DNA of 33,248 nt, taken from Candidatus Anoxymicrobiaceae bacterium (GTDB lineage: Bacteria > Actinomycetota > Geothermincolia > Fen-727 > Anoxymicrobiaceae). The number at the start of each line of letters is the position of its first letter. Positions within the stretch are counted from its first letter, which is position 1. This document shows, piece after piece, positions 17,779 to 26,525 of this stretch. Where the stretch lies: NCBI GenBank assembly GCA_036781505.1, contig DAIQAV010000001.1, positions 1 through 33,248 on the forward strand, read 5' to 3'. The position numbers and the translations under genes were made by a program. The notes below the pieces were generated by a model, which saw only the letters and a list, made by a program, of their open reading frames with translations, had not been told where the DNA came from and made no database searches.

Positions 17779-18429
17779 ATGGCAGAGACGCTCGATGTCA
17801 CCTGGTACGGGCAGGCGATGTTCTCGATCTCGAGCCCGGGGCTCACCGTCGTCCTGGACCCGACGCCTCCCGAGACCGGGTACTCTCACGACCCTTTCCC
17901 CGCCGACGTGATCCTCATGACCCACCAGCACTTCGACCACTCCCACGTCGCCGGCATCACAGGCAATCCCAAGGTCATCACCGCGAGCGGCTCCTTCGAC
18001 CTGGGCGGCCTCAAGGTCAAGGGCTTTGACACCTTCGACGATGCGAAAGGGGGAAGCGAGAGAGGCCCCAACATCATCTACACCTGGGAGCAGGGCGGCC
18101 TGACCTTCGGGCACTTCGGGGACCTCGGGGAAACGCCGCCCGCCGCAGTCCTCAAGAAACTCTTGAAGCTCGACGTGGCGATGATACCCGTGGGGGGCGT
18201 CTTCACCATCGACGGCGAGCAGGCCGTGCGCCTGATCCGCGACATGGAGCCCGCCATCGTTTTCCCGATGCATTACGGGACCCCGGCGTGCGCCATCCCA
18301 CTCGACCCTGTCGACGAGTTCACCCGCCGCTTCAAGGGCAACGTGCGCCGGATCAGCGCGCGCCCGGTCGCACTGACCGCCGCTTCGATTCCCAGCGCCA
18401 CCGAGGTGTGGGTGCTGCCTTTCGAGTGA
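17779..18429 (+). CDS. MBL-fold metallo-hydrolase (COG2220/UPF0173-like)
   Basis: 216-aa ORF with a GGAGGAGG RBS. Motifs VTWYGQAMFSI..., DVILMTHQHFDH and FGHFGD. It starts 21 nt after the Clp gene, so the two are probably co-transcribed. Confidence 0.75.
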   Translation: MAETLDVTWYGQAMFSISSPGLTVVLDPTPPETGYSHDPFPADVILMTHQHFDHSHVAGITGNPKVITASGSFDLGGLKVKGFDTFDDAKGGSERGPNIIYTWEQGGLTFGHFGDLGETPPAAVLKKLLKLDVAMIPVGGVFTIDGEQAVRLIRDMEPAIVFPMHYGTPACAIPLDPVDEFTRRFKGNVRRISARPVALTAASIPSATEVWVLPFE

Positions 18430-18465
18430 GCGGCCGGGCGCTCGCCTTGCACGATGTCAATGTCC

Positions 18466-18494
18466 TTGGGCGCGCCGGGTGCCAGGATTATACT
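18466..18494 (+). promoter_or_regulatory. Possible promoter for the glycyl radical enzyme gene
   Basis: TTGGGC (18466-18471), 17-nt spacer, then TATACT (18489-18494), followed by AGGAGA-N6-ATG at 18529. Confidence 0.3.
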
Positions 18495-18528
18495 TACCAT
18501 GTGGCCTCGTGTGGTTAGGAGATCCGAT

Positions 18529-21108
18529 ATGGCGGTACAGGCGCTCGACACGTCAGCACTTCTCGAGAACGACAGCCCCAGGATCGAGCGGCTCAAGGAC
18601 AGGCTGCTCCGCGCCCCCTACGAGGTATGCCTCGAGCGGGCAAGGCAGTTCACCCGTGTCTACAAAGAGACAGAGGGGATGGACCCCGCCCTGCGCAACG
18701 CGCTCGCGCTCAAGGCCACCTGCGAGAACCAGCCCGTGCACATCTACGCCGACGAGTGGATGGTCGGCAACAAGACCGACGCCTACATCTCCCCCGTCAT
18801 CGCGCCCGAGCGGGGCGACTCGATGAGGGTGCTCCAGCTCGAGATGAAAGTGCTGGGCGAGAAGGGCCACCCGTTCAAGATCAGGCCGGAGGACCGCAAA
18901 GAGTTCCTGACCGAGATACTTCCTTACTGGGAAGGACGCTCGCTCCGCGACCGCAAGGCGCGCAACTGGCTCGACTCGGGCATCATAGAACCGGTGCGCG
19001 GCAACCCGCTGCGAACGCTGCGCCAGGTCACCAACATGCTCAAGTTCGCGCGGTCCGCCGGGCGCGACAACCTGCGCATCATGGCGGGCATCAAAGAGGG
19101 GCAGAAGCAGCACCCCGGTCGCGCGCTCAGCGCCTGGAAGACCCGCGACGAGCTCGCCAAGAACAACCCCAACATGGGCGTGTACTGCTACGACGTCCAG
19201 GGCCACCTGCACCTGCCGGTCGAGAAGGTGGTCGCCGAAGGCTTCCTGGGCATCAAGGAGCGCGCGGAGCAGCAGCTCGAGGCGCTAGACGAGAGCGAAG
19301 ACGATTACGCGCGGAAGAAGGCGTTCCTCGAGGCCGTGGCAATAAGCATGGAGGCCGCCTGCACTTACGCCGAGAGGCTCAGAGACCTCGCCGCCGGCGA
19401 GGCGGCCCAGGCCGAGGACCCGGCGGAGCGTGAGCGCCTGGCCGCGATCGCAGACAACCTCTCCCACTCGCCCGCTCGTCCCGCGCGCACTTTCCGCGAG
19501 GGCGTGCAGGCGGTCTGGTTCGCGCTGGTGATCGGTGAGATACAGTACGGCATGCACGACGTGCTCGGCATCGGCAGGACCGACCAGTACCTCTACCCGC
19601 TGTTCCGCAAGGGCATGGACGAGGGCACCCTCACGGTCGCCGACGCGCTCGACCTCCTTGAGGAGCTCAACCTCAAGTTGACCGCCAACGTCTCTCTCGT
19701 GCCCGAGATCGGCGCTGAGGCAAACGGCACCCTCGGGGTGAGCCAGCACTGCCTCATCATCGGGGGCACCGACTCGGAGGGAAACGACGCGACAAACGAG
19801 CTGTCCTTCCTGATGATCGACGCCTACGAGCGCATGCACGGCGCCATAAACCAGCTCTCGCTTCGCGTGCACAAGGGGGCCCCGCCGGAGTACCTCCGCC
19901 GGGGGGTCGAGGTGTTCCGCACCGCGAGCGGGCACGCGTTCTTCAACGATGAGGTGATTGTCCCGGCGCTGGTCCGCAACGGCATCGAGCTCGAGGACGC
20001 ACGCGACTACAACATCGTCGGGTGCATCGAGACCAGCGCCGGTGGGAACTGCTTCCCCTGCCCGGGCGGCCACGAGGTCGTGCTGCCGATGGTCCTCTAT
20101 ATGACCATGTCGAACGGACGCCTTCCCGTGCCCATCTTCGGCCAGAAGAAGAGCATCAGGACCGGTGAGGCCGACTCACTGGAGACCTTCGATGATTTCA
20201 TGGCAGCCTTCAACCGCCAGCTGCGGCACAACATCGAGGTCCTGGTCACCGCCGTCGAGGGTAAGGACAAGGCTTACATGGAGTTCCTCCCCTCGCCGTA
20301 CGTCTCGGCCATGATGGACGGCTGCATCGAGAGCGCGACCGACATGACCCGGGGAGGCGCTACCTACGACTTCACGTCGGTCATCGGGCGCGGGCTCGCG
20401 ACGTGCGTCGATTCGCTCCTGGCTGTGAGGGAGTTCGTCTACGAGCGCCGCGAGGTCAGCCTCTCCGAGCTGGTGGACGCCTGCCTCTCGAACTTCAAGG
20501 GCCAGGAGGACTTGAGGCAGCGGCTGGTCAACCTCGCGCCCAAGTACGGAAGGGACGACGAGGAGGCCGACGCGATGGCCCGCGAGGTGGTGGCGACGTT
20601 CACCGAGTACGCCGAGAGCCACACCAACGTGCGCGGTGGGGCGTACCGCACCGGGATGTACTCCTACGGGAACCACGTCATCGACGGTTTCTACATCATG
20701 GCCACCCCGGACGGCAGGCGCCGCGGCGAGCCGATCTCGAACGGCATATCCCCGTCGAACCGCATCGGGGAGGGCAACGGCCTGACCGCGTTCATGAAGT
20801 CGGTGGCGGCCATCGACCACGGCCGGTTGAGCGGTGGCGTCTCGCTGAACGTCAAGCTTCACCCGTCCTACATCGAGACCGACGAGGGGCTGGACAAGAT
20901 GGCGTCGCTGCTCGAGACCTACTTCGAGCTCGGCGGCATGCACGTTCAGCCGAACGTGATCTCCGACGAGACCCTGCTCGCGGCGCAGAACGACCCCGAA
21001 GCCTACCGGGGCCTGGTAGTGAAAGTCGCGGGCTACAGCGCTTACTTCACCGACCTGGGGCGGTCCATCCAGAACGACATCATCGACCGCTACCAGTTCG
21101 AGAGATAG
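18529..21108 (+). CDS. Glycyl radical enzyme, PFL2 / glycerol-dehydratase-like (eliminase-type) family
   Basis: The C-terminal glycyl radical motif is VVKVAGYSAYFTDL (Gly codon 21031-21033). The thiyl loop is VGCIETSAGG, with the Cys codon at 20023-20025 and Glu two residues later. The ORF is open from 18454, but ATG 18529 has a strong AGGAG RBS. Confidence 0.85.
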   Translation: MAVQALDTSALLENDSPRIERLKDRLLRAPYEVCLERARQFTRVYKETEGMDPALRNALALKATCENQPVHIYADEWMVGNKTDAYISPVIAPERGDSMRVLQLEMKVLGEKGHPFKIRPEDRKEFLTEILPYWEGRSLRDRKARNWLDSGIIEPVRGNPLRTLRQVTNMLKFARSAGRDNLRIMAGIKEGQKQHPGRALSAWKTRDELAKNNPNMGVYCYDVQGHLHLPVEKVVAEGFLGIKERAEQQLEALDESEDDYARKKAFLEAVAISMEAACTYAERLRDLAAGEAAQAEDPAERERLAAIADNLSHSPARPARTFREGVQAVWFALVIGEIQYGMHDVLGIGRTDQYLYPLFRKGMDEGTLTVADALDLLEELNLKLTANVSLVPEIGAEANGTLGVSQHCLIIGGTDSEGNDATNELSFLMIDAYERMHGAINQLSLRVHKGAPPEYLRRGVEVFRTASGHAFFNDEVIVPALVRNGIELEDARDYNIVGCIETSAGGNCFPCPGGHEVVLPMVLYMTMSNGRLPVPIFGQKKSIRTGEADSLETFDDFMAAFNRQLRHNIEVLVTAVEGKDKAYMEFLPSPYVSAMMDGCIESATDMTRGGATYDFTSVIGRGLATCVDSLLAVREFVYERREVSLSELVDACLSNFKGQEDLRQRLVNLAPKYGRDDEEADAMAREVVATFTEYAESHTNVRGGAYRTGMYSYGNHVIDGFYIMATPDGRRRGEPISNGISPSNRIGEGNGLTAFMKSVAAIDHGRLSGGVSLNVKLHPSYIETDEGLDKMASLLETYFELGGMHVQPNVISDETLLAAQNDPEAYRGLVVKVAGYSAYFTDLGRSIQNDIIDRYQFER

Positions 21109-21141
21109 ACTGCGGACTACGCCACTCTGTATCATTCACTC

Positions 21142-22545
21142 ATGGCACAAGGACCCTTTGAATCTATCGAGATACCCGGGCAGGTCGCCGCTGCCGCCGA
21201 GCGCGTCGCCGCGGCGGGCGGGCAGCTCTTCATCGTAGGGGGCTGGGTGCGCGACCGCCTCCTCGGTACGGACTGCAAGGACGTCGACCTCGCGACCGAC
21301 CTTCCACCCGACAGTACCAAAGAAGCCCTGGAGGGGCTCGGCTCTATCTACACGGTGGGCGAGCGATTCGGCACCGTGGGCCTGGTGTCCGGCGACTACG
21401 ACCTGGAGATCACGACCTTCCGCACCGAGCAGTACGAGCCCGGCTCAAGGCATCCGGAGGTCGCCCACATCGATGACGTCGAAGAGGACCTCGCGCGACG
21501 CGACTTCACCATCAACGCGATGGCGGTGCAGGTCGCCCCTGTCCGCGGGGGCCTCATCGACCCGTTCGGCGGCGCCGACGACCTCCGGCGCGCGCTGGTC
21601 AGGACGCCCGGTCCCTCCGCTCCGCGCATGGCCGAGGACCCCCTGCGGATGATGCGCGCCGTGCGCTTCGCCGCCCAGTTGGGCTTCGAGATCGACGGCG
21701 AGCTCAAGGGCGTCCTCGGTGAGCAGGCATACCTGCTGGAGGGCATCTCGTGGGAGAGGCGCCGCGACGAGCTCGAGGCCATCATCGTCTCGCCGAACCC
21801 TGAGGCGGGAGTGCGCCTTCTGGTCGACACCGGCCTGATGGAGTACGTCTCACCGGAGCTCGCCGCGATGAAAGGCGTCGAGCAGCCGGAGGCCTTCCAC
21901 CGCGCGGACGTGCTGGGCCACACTCTCCTGGCCATGTCATACACGCGCCCCGACCCCCTGCTCCGCCGCTCCGCTTTGTTCCACGACGTCGGCAAGCCGC
22001 CTTCGCAGATGACCGTGCCCAAGGTCATGTTCCCGGAACACGACAGGGTCGGCGTCGAGCTGACGCGTCGAGCCATGCGCCAGCTCCGCTACAGCAACGA
22101 AGATATCCAGAAGACGTCTTTCATGGTGCGCCGCCACATGCGGCCGATCCACTACGAGAGCACGCTGAGCGACGCCGCGGTCAGGAGGTTGATCAGGGAT
22201 TGCACACTCCGCCGGGACGAAGACGTCCTGGTGTCGGTGGAAGACGTCATCGAGCTGGCTCGCGCCGACGTCAAGGCGGGCAACCTCCAGGCGGCCCCGC
22301 ACTTCCTGGAGCTGATCGACGATCTCGAGCGCAGGATCGAGGAGATGGGCGAGCGCGAGGAGATCGCCCGGGCGCGCTCCCCGCTGGACGGCCGCGAGCT
22401 CATCGAGATGTTCGGCCGCAAGCCGGGGCCGTGGTTGAAGCCGGTGATGGCGTACCTGACGCACCTGGTCATCGATGGCGAGCTGGCTCCCGACGACAAA
22501 GAGAAGGCCGCGCGCCTCGCGCGCGAGTTTGTCGAGAAGCAGTGA
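21142..22545 (+). CDS. cca: CCA-adding tRNA nucleotidyltransferase / poly(A) polymerase family with HD domain
   Basis: 467-aa ORF. Head-domain motif GGWVRDRLLG..DVDLAT, then RDFTINAMA, ED.LRMMRAVRFAAQLGF and the HD region FHDVGKP. Confidence 0.75.
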   Translation: MAQGPFESIEIPGQVAAAAERVAAAGGQLFIVGGWVRDRLLGTDCKDVDLATDLPPDSTKEALEGLGSIYTVGERFGTVGLVSGDYDLEITTFRTEQYEPGSRHPEVAHIDDVEEDLARRDFTINAMAVQVAPVRGGLIDPFGGADDLRRALVRTPGPSAPRMAEDPLRMMRAVRFAAQLGFEIDGELKGVLGEQAYLLEGISWERRRDELEAIIVSPNPEAGVRLLVDTGLMEYVSPELAAMKGVEQPEAFHRADVLGHTLLAMSYTRPDPLLRRSALFHDVGKPPSQMTVPKVMFPEHDRVGVELTRRAMRQLRYSNEDIQKTSFMVRRHMRPIHYESTLSDAAVRRLIRDCTLRRDEDVLVSVEDVIELARADVKAGNLQAAPHFLELIDDLERRIEEMGEREEIARARSPLDGRELIEMFGRKPGPWLKPVMAYLTHLVIDGELAPDDKEKAARLAREFVEKQ

Positions 22546-22556
22546 CGGCCTGAAGC

Positions 22557-23768
22557 CTACCCCGCCGCTTCGACGCCCTCCATCCACTCCGCGATGAGCG
22601 GGTAGACCTCGTCACCGACGCGCCTTCCCATCACCAGGTCGGTGTGCCCGTAGCCCGGGAGCATCACGAACTTCTTCACGCCGCTGGAGATGCGGTCGTA
22701 CCCGTAACGCCTGATGCCGACCCAGTTCGCGAAGTCCTTGTCCCCGGTGATGAAGAGCATCGGCGCCTTGATGAGGGGCATGTTGAGGGTGTAGTCGTAC
22801 GGCTCCTCGCGGAAGATGAACGGGAAGTACTGCCTGAAGCTTATGTTCCATATCCCGTCCACCAGCTGGACGTACATGTGCGCGGAGACGTCGTCCGCCC
22901 CCCACTTCACGAGAGAGGTGGAAGTCTCGGAGTCTGTGTTGCGCCTGTTGTAGAGCATGATCCCGATGGGGCTGCGGGAAAGCGCCTTGATCCCCCGCGG
23001 CCGGTTGAGCACGGCGTTCTTGGCGTTGCTCCCTATGCGCACGCGGGGCGCCACCGGGGCGCGCAGGCGGTTCAAAAGGATGCTCGCTCCGAGCAGGCCG
23101 CGCCCGATAGACGATTCCGTCACGACCTGGAACGGATGGTGCCTGGGCCACCAGAACGCCGGCGGGCTAGCGATCGGGATGCCGCCCAGCACGCTCGCGT
23201 TGCGTTGCTCCACGAGCTCCGGCTCGGAGACGACGTGGCAGTCGGCCGGGTCTCCGACGAACCTCACTCCCTGCAGGTACATGTACAGCACCATGCCGCC
23301 CATGCTGTGCCCGATCCAGAAGGGCTTCCTGCCCGTCAAGCTCGTCACGCCATCGATGAGAGTCGGCGCGTCGAGGATGGCAAGCGTATCGATGCTGTGG
23401 CTCCAGTCGCCCGCGTCGCAGTAGTAGGGCTCGACGCCGCAGCCCCGGAACGACGGGATCCACACGTCGTAACCGCGCCTCGCCAGGTACACCGCCATGT
23501 TGAATCCCTCGCGCGGGAGGTCGAACTCGAAGCCGTTGCCGTTGAAGCCATGGAAGAACACCACGGGAGTGCCGCCGGGGTTCGCGTAGCGCTTGGCCCT
23601 CAAGGTGACGCCGTCGGGCGTGACGAACTCGTGCTTCTCGACCGTGAGGCCGTCGGTGACCTCCTGGTCCTGGCCGGGCAGTGGGGTCTTGTAGACGTAT
23701 GTGCCGGCCACGGCGAGTGAGGCCCCCAGCGCGCCGAGAAAGACTTTGTCGAGGGTTCGGTCGTCCAT
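22557..23768 (-). CDS. Alpha/beta hydrolase (lipase/esterase-like) with N-terminal membrane anchor
   Basis: Strong GAAGGAGGAG RBS before the ATG at 23768 (MDDRTLDKVFLGALGASLAVAG...). Oxyanion region FFHGFNGNG and nucleophile elbow GHSMGG; GYGHTDL near the C-terminus. The ORF to 23822 would overlap the upstream gene. Confidence 0.75.
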   Translation of the reverse strand: MDDRTLDKVFLGALGASLAVAGTYVYKTPLPGQDQEVTDGLTVEKHEFVTPDGVTLRAKRYANPGGTPVVFFHGFNGNGFEFDLPREGFNMAVYLARRGYDVWIPSFRGCGVEPYYCDAGDWSHSIDTLAILDAPTLIDGVTSLTGRKPFWIGHSMGGMVLYMYLQGVRFVGDPADCHVVSEPELVEQRNASVLGGIPIASPPAFWWPRHHPFQVVTESSIGRGLLGASILLNRLRAPVAPRVRIGSNAKNAVLNRPRGIKALSRSPIGIMLYNRRNTDSETSTSLVKWGADDVSAHMYVQLVDGIWNISFRQYFPFIFREEPYDYTLNMPLIKAPMLFITGDKDFANWVGIRRYGYDRISSGVKKFVMLPGYGHTDLVMGRRVGDEVYPLIAEWMEGVEAAG

Positions 23769-23793
23769 ATCTCCTCCTTCGGAGAGAACGCGC

Positions 23794-24189
23794 TCAGCGG
23801 TCGCAGGGCTTGATGTCAACAACGGGCGTGCCGTCGACGGCGTCCAGCCCCTTGACGGTCAGGATGCCGTCCTCGACTCCCAGCAGTTCGACGACCGTGA
23901 GCCCTATGGCATTCGGCCTGTTCGGCGAGTGGGTCGCGAACACGCCGCGCTCGGGCCGCGCCGCGTCGCCCCTTGGATGCAGCACCAGCTGGAAGCCTTG
24001 AGACCTGTCAAACACATAGATCATATACAGGCGCTCGAAGTTCTCTATCCGGTAGAGGCCGGCGGCGAACTCCGGCAACACACGCACTCTGGACACGGCC
24101 TCCGCGAAGATGTCGGGGTCGTGCTGCACTTCGGTAAAATCGTTCTCGACGAATCCGATGGGCCTCAGGGCGAACTCGGGCAGCGCCAT
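23794..24189 (-). CDS. TsaA/TrmO-like (YaeB, UPF0066) domain protein, short form
   Basis: 131-aa ORF. Motifs GVFATHSPNRPNAIGLTVVEL and GLDAVDGTPVVDIKP are characteristic of the TrmO N-terminal domain. Confidence 0.7.
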   Translation of the reverse strand: MALPEFALRPIGFVENDFTEVQHDPDIFAEAVSRVRVLPEFAAGLYRIENFERLYMIYVFDRSQGFQLVLHPRGDAARPERGVFATHSPNRPNAIGLTVVELLGVEDGILTVKGLDAVDGTPVVDIKPCDR

Positions 24190-24267
24190 GAATCACTTTC
24201 CCTTCAAGCGACCGTCTAATACTATGATATCAGCCCGGAGACTTGCGACGGGAAAGCGAGCGGCTCG

Positions 24268-26391
24268 ATGACCGATGGTTCATTCAGAGGGAACACCAGG
24301 TGTCCCGTCTGCGGGCGGGACTACCAGGGGCAGTTCCCCCGGTACTGCCTGACCTGCGGCTGGATGTTCGAGGACCGAAGCCAGCCGCCTCAAACAATTG
24401 CCGCCGCGCCTGGCGCTCAACCGGTCCAGCCCGCGGGGCCGGTGCCGGTCACGCTGCCCGACGGGTCCCAGGGCGCTTACCACCAGCCAAGGCCGCGCCC
24501 CCCGGTCAGCCGTCCGCGCCCCGCCCGGCAACCGGTCGTCGAGCGCGTGAAGAACAGCAGGCGGGCGTTGGGCGTAATCGCGGCGTGCCTGGTACTGCTC
24601 CTCGTTGCCGGAGGGGCCTTCGGGCTCGTCACCTGGCTGAAGTCGATCAAGCGCCCCGTGCCGTTGCCGGCCACCGCGGCGGCGATGCGCGCCTCTGTCG
24701 CTCAGGACGAGGGGTACCTCAACGAGCGCGGCAAGGCACTGGCTCTCGGACGGAACAAGAACGCGCCCATCTACTCTGTCAGCGCGAAGCTCGATACCGT
24801 TGCGAACAGCGTCAGCGGGACAGAGCGCCTCCTCTACACCAACAACACCGGAGTCGCGCTGAGCGAGATCGTGCTGCGCCTGTATGCCAACAGCGACGTG
24901 GTCAAGGGGGACGGCCTGGACGCATCCGTGACAGGCGCCCAGATCGACGGCCACCAGGCGACCGCCACCCTGTCGCACTCTCTCGTGACCGTGACCCTGC
25001 CCGCGCCGCTCGGCCCCGGCAACGCCGCCATGGTCTCGCTCGACTTCAAGGAGTTTGTGCCGTTGGTGCAGAGCGGCCTCGGCAGCATGGAGCAACTCCT
25101 CGGCCAGGAGTCCTCCACAGGCTACGGGGTCTTCGGGCGCAGCGGCACCACGTACGACCTCGGCTACCTGATGCCGATCGCCACCACCTGTGGCGCGCAG
25201 GGCTGGGAAAAGCGAGAGGCCCCCGCATTCGGCGATGTCGGGGACTTCGACTGCGGCTACTACAGCGTGACGCTCGACGTGCCTGCCGGATACTCTGTCG
25301 TCGCGACCGGCATGACCGTGGGCGAGGGCGCCTCCGGTGACCGGAGGTCTTTCGATTTCCGCGCCGGCCCGGTCCGGGATTTCACCGCGCAGGTGTCAAA
25401 CGACTACCGCGTCGCCACCACCCGCGAAGGCGAGACCCTGGTCTCCTCCTACTACCACAAGGACGCCGCCGACGCCGGCGGGAAAGTGCTCGGCTACGCG
25501 CGCGACGCGCTGAAGGCTTACAACGCCAACTTCGGCCCGTACCCTTACAGGAAGCTAAACCTGTGCGAGGCGCCGCTGGCCGGCGGCGCGGGCGGGATGG
25601 AGTTCTCTGGCCAGATCCAGATGGCCGAGTTGCTCTATGGCTCGGCCGGCCTGACCACCAACAGCGCGGACAGCCAGCTCAACGAACTGCTGAAGTCCGC
25701 CGGGAACCTGGGCGGGTTGCTCGGGGATACTCTGGAGTTTGCGGTCGCGCACGAGGTCTGCCACCAGTGGTGGGGCCTGGTCGTCGGAAGCGATTCCATC
25801 GGCCATCCGTGGCAGGATGAGTCTCTCACCAATTACTGCTCGGTAATGTATTTCAAGTGGCAGCACGGCGCCGACGCGGCGAGCCAGCAGCTCGACATGC
25901 AGATCAAGATGCCGTACGGCGCGGCGAAGTTGATGGGCGGCGGAGGCGACATGGCCGTCGACTCGCCCGTGACCGCGTTCTCCAACCAGACCCAGTACAC
26001 TGCCATCGTCTATTCAAAGGGCGCGCTGTTCTTCGAGGCGCTCGAGAAGTCCATGGGAGAGGCGCCGTTCACCAAAAGCCTGCAGTCCTACTATCAGGCC
26101 TACGCCTTCAGGAACGCGACGCCGGCGGACCTCATCGCTTCCTTCGAGAACAACAGCAGCGATCCCGGCGCGGTGGCTGTGCTCAACCAGCGCTGGATAA
26201 ACGAGAGGCACGGTGACGAGGACATCGCCGCGTCCATTCCCGGGATGGACCTCGTGAACGACCTGTTGAAGAACCTGCCGGGCGACATCGACATGAACAC
26301 CCTGCAGGACATGCTCAAACAGTTCATGCCGAACGGCAGCCTGCCCCAGATCCCCGGCCTGGATGACCGGTCGCCGGACCAGATCATCTAG
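24268..26391 (+). CDS. Membrane-anchored M1-family zinc metallopeptidase with cytoplasmic zinc ribbon
   Basis: 707-aa ORF. The N-terminus has CPVCG...x13...CLTCG, then a Pro-rich linker and a TM helix (ALGVIAACLVLLLVAGGAFGLV). It has a GGMEF exopeptidase-like motif and HEVCH-x18-E (HEVCHQWWG...WQDE). Confidence 0.8.
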   Translation: MTDGSFRGNTRCPVCGRDYQGQFPRYCLTCGWMFEDRSQPPQTIAAAPGAQPVQPAGPVPVTLPDGSQGAYHQPRPRPPVSRPRPARQPVVERVKNSRRALGVIAACLVLLLVAGGAFGLVTWLKSIKRPVPLPATAAAMRASVAQDEGYLNERGKALALGRNKNAPIYSVSAKLDTVANSVSGTERLLYTNNTGVALSEIVLRLYANSDVVKGDGLDASVTGAQIDGHQATATLSHSLVTVTLPAPLGPGNAAMVSLDFKEFVPLVQSGLGSMEQLLGQESSTGYGVFGRSGTTYDLGYLMPIATTCGAQGWEKREAPAFGDVGDFDCGYYSVTLDVPAGYSVVATGMTVGEGASGDRRSFDFRAGPVRDFTAQVSNDYRVATTREGETLVSSYYHKDAADAGGKVLGYARDALKAYNANFGPYPYRKLNLCEAPLAGGAGGMEFSGQIQMAELLYGSAGLTTNSADSQLNELLKSAGNLGGLLGDTLEFAVAHEVCHQWWGLVVGSDSIGHPWQDESLTNYCSVMYFKWQHGADAASQQLDMQIKMPYGAAKLMGGGGDMAVDSPVTAFSNQTQYTAIVYSKGALFFEALEKSMGEAPFTKSLQSYYQAYAFRNATPADLIASFENNSSDPGAVAVLNQRWINERHGDEDIAASIPGMDLVNDLLKNLPGDIDMNTLQDMLKQFMPNGSLPQIPGLDDRSPDQII

Positions 26392-26396
26392 CGCGT

Positions 26397-26439
26397 GCGC
26401 CGGCGTCCGCAACACCGTAGCGCCGGCGTCCCGCCGGCA
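26397..26439. repeat. REP-like element, one full inverted copy plus an upstream partial copy
   Basis: GTAGCGCCGGCGTCCCGCCGGCA at 26417-26439 is the exact reverse complement of the 23-nt core TGCCGGCGGGACGCCGGCGCTAC found in both edge arrays. GCGCCGGCGTCC around 26398-26409 is a truncated copy. The element is intergenic, 5 nt after the peptidase stop. Confidence 0.85.
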
Positions 26440-26525
26440 GATCTTGCCCTTCCCTTCCAGACGGACGCGCCAATGTAATATATAATGCCGAACCGTGGAA
26501 TCCCCATCTAAGGAGGTATAGAGAA

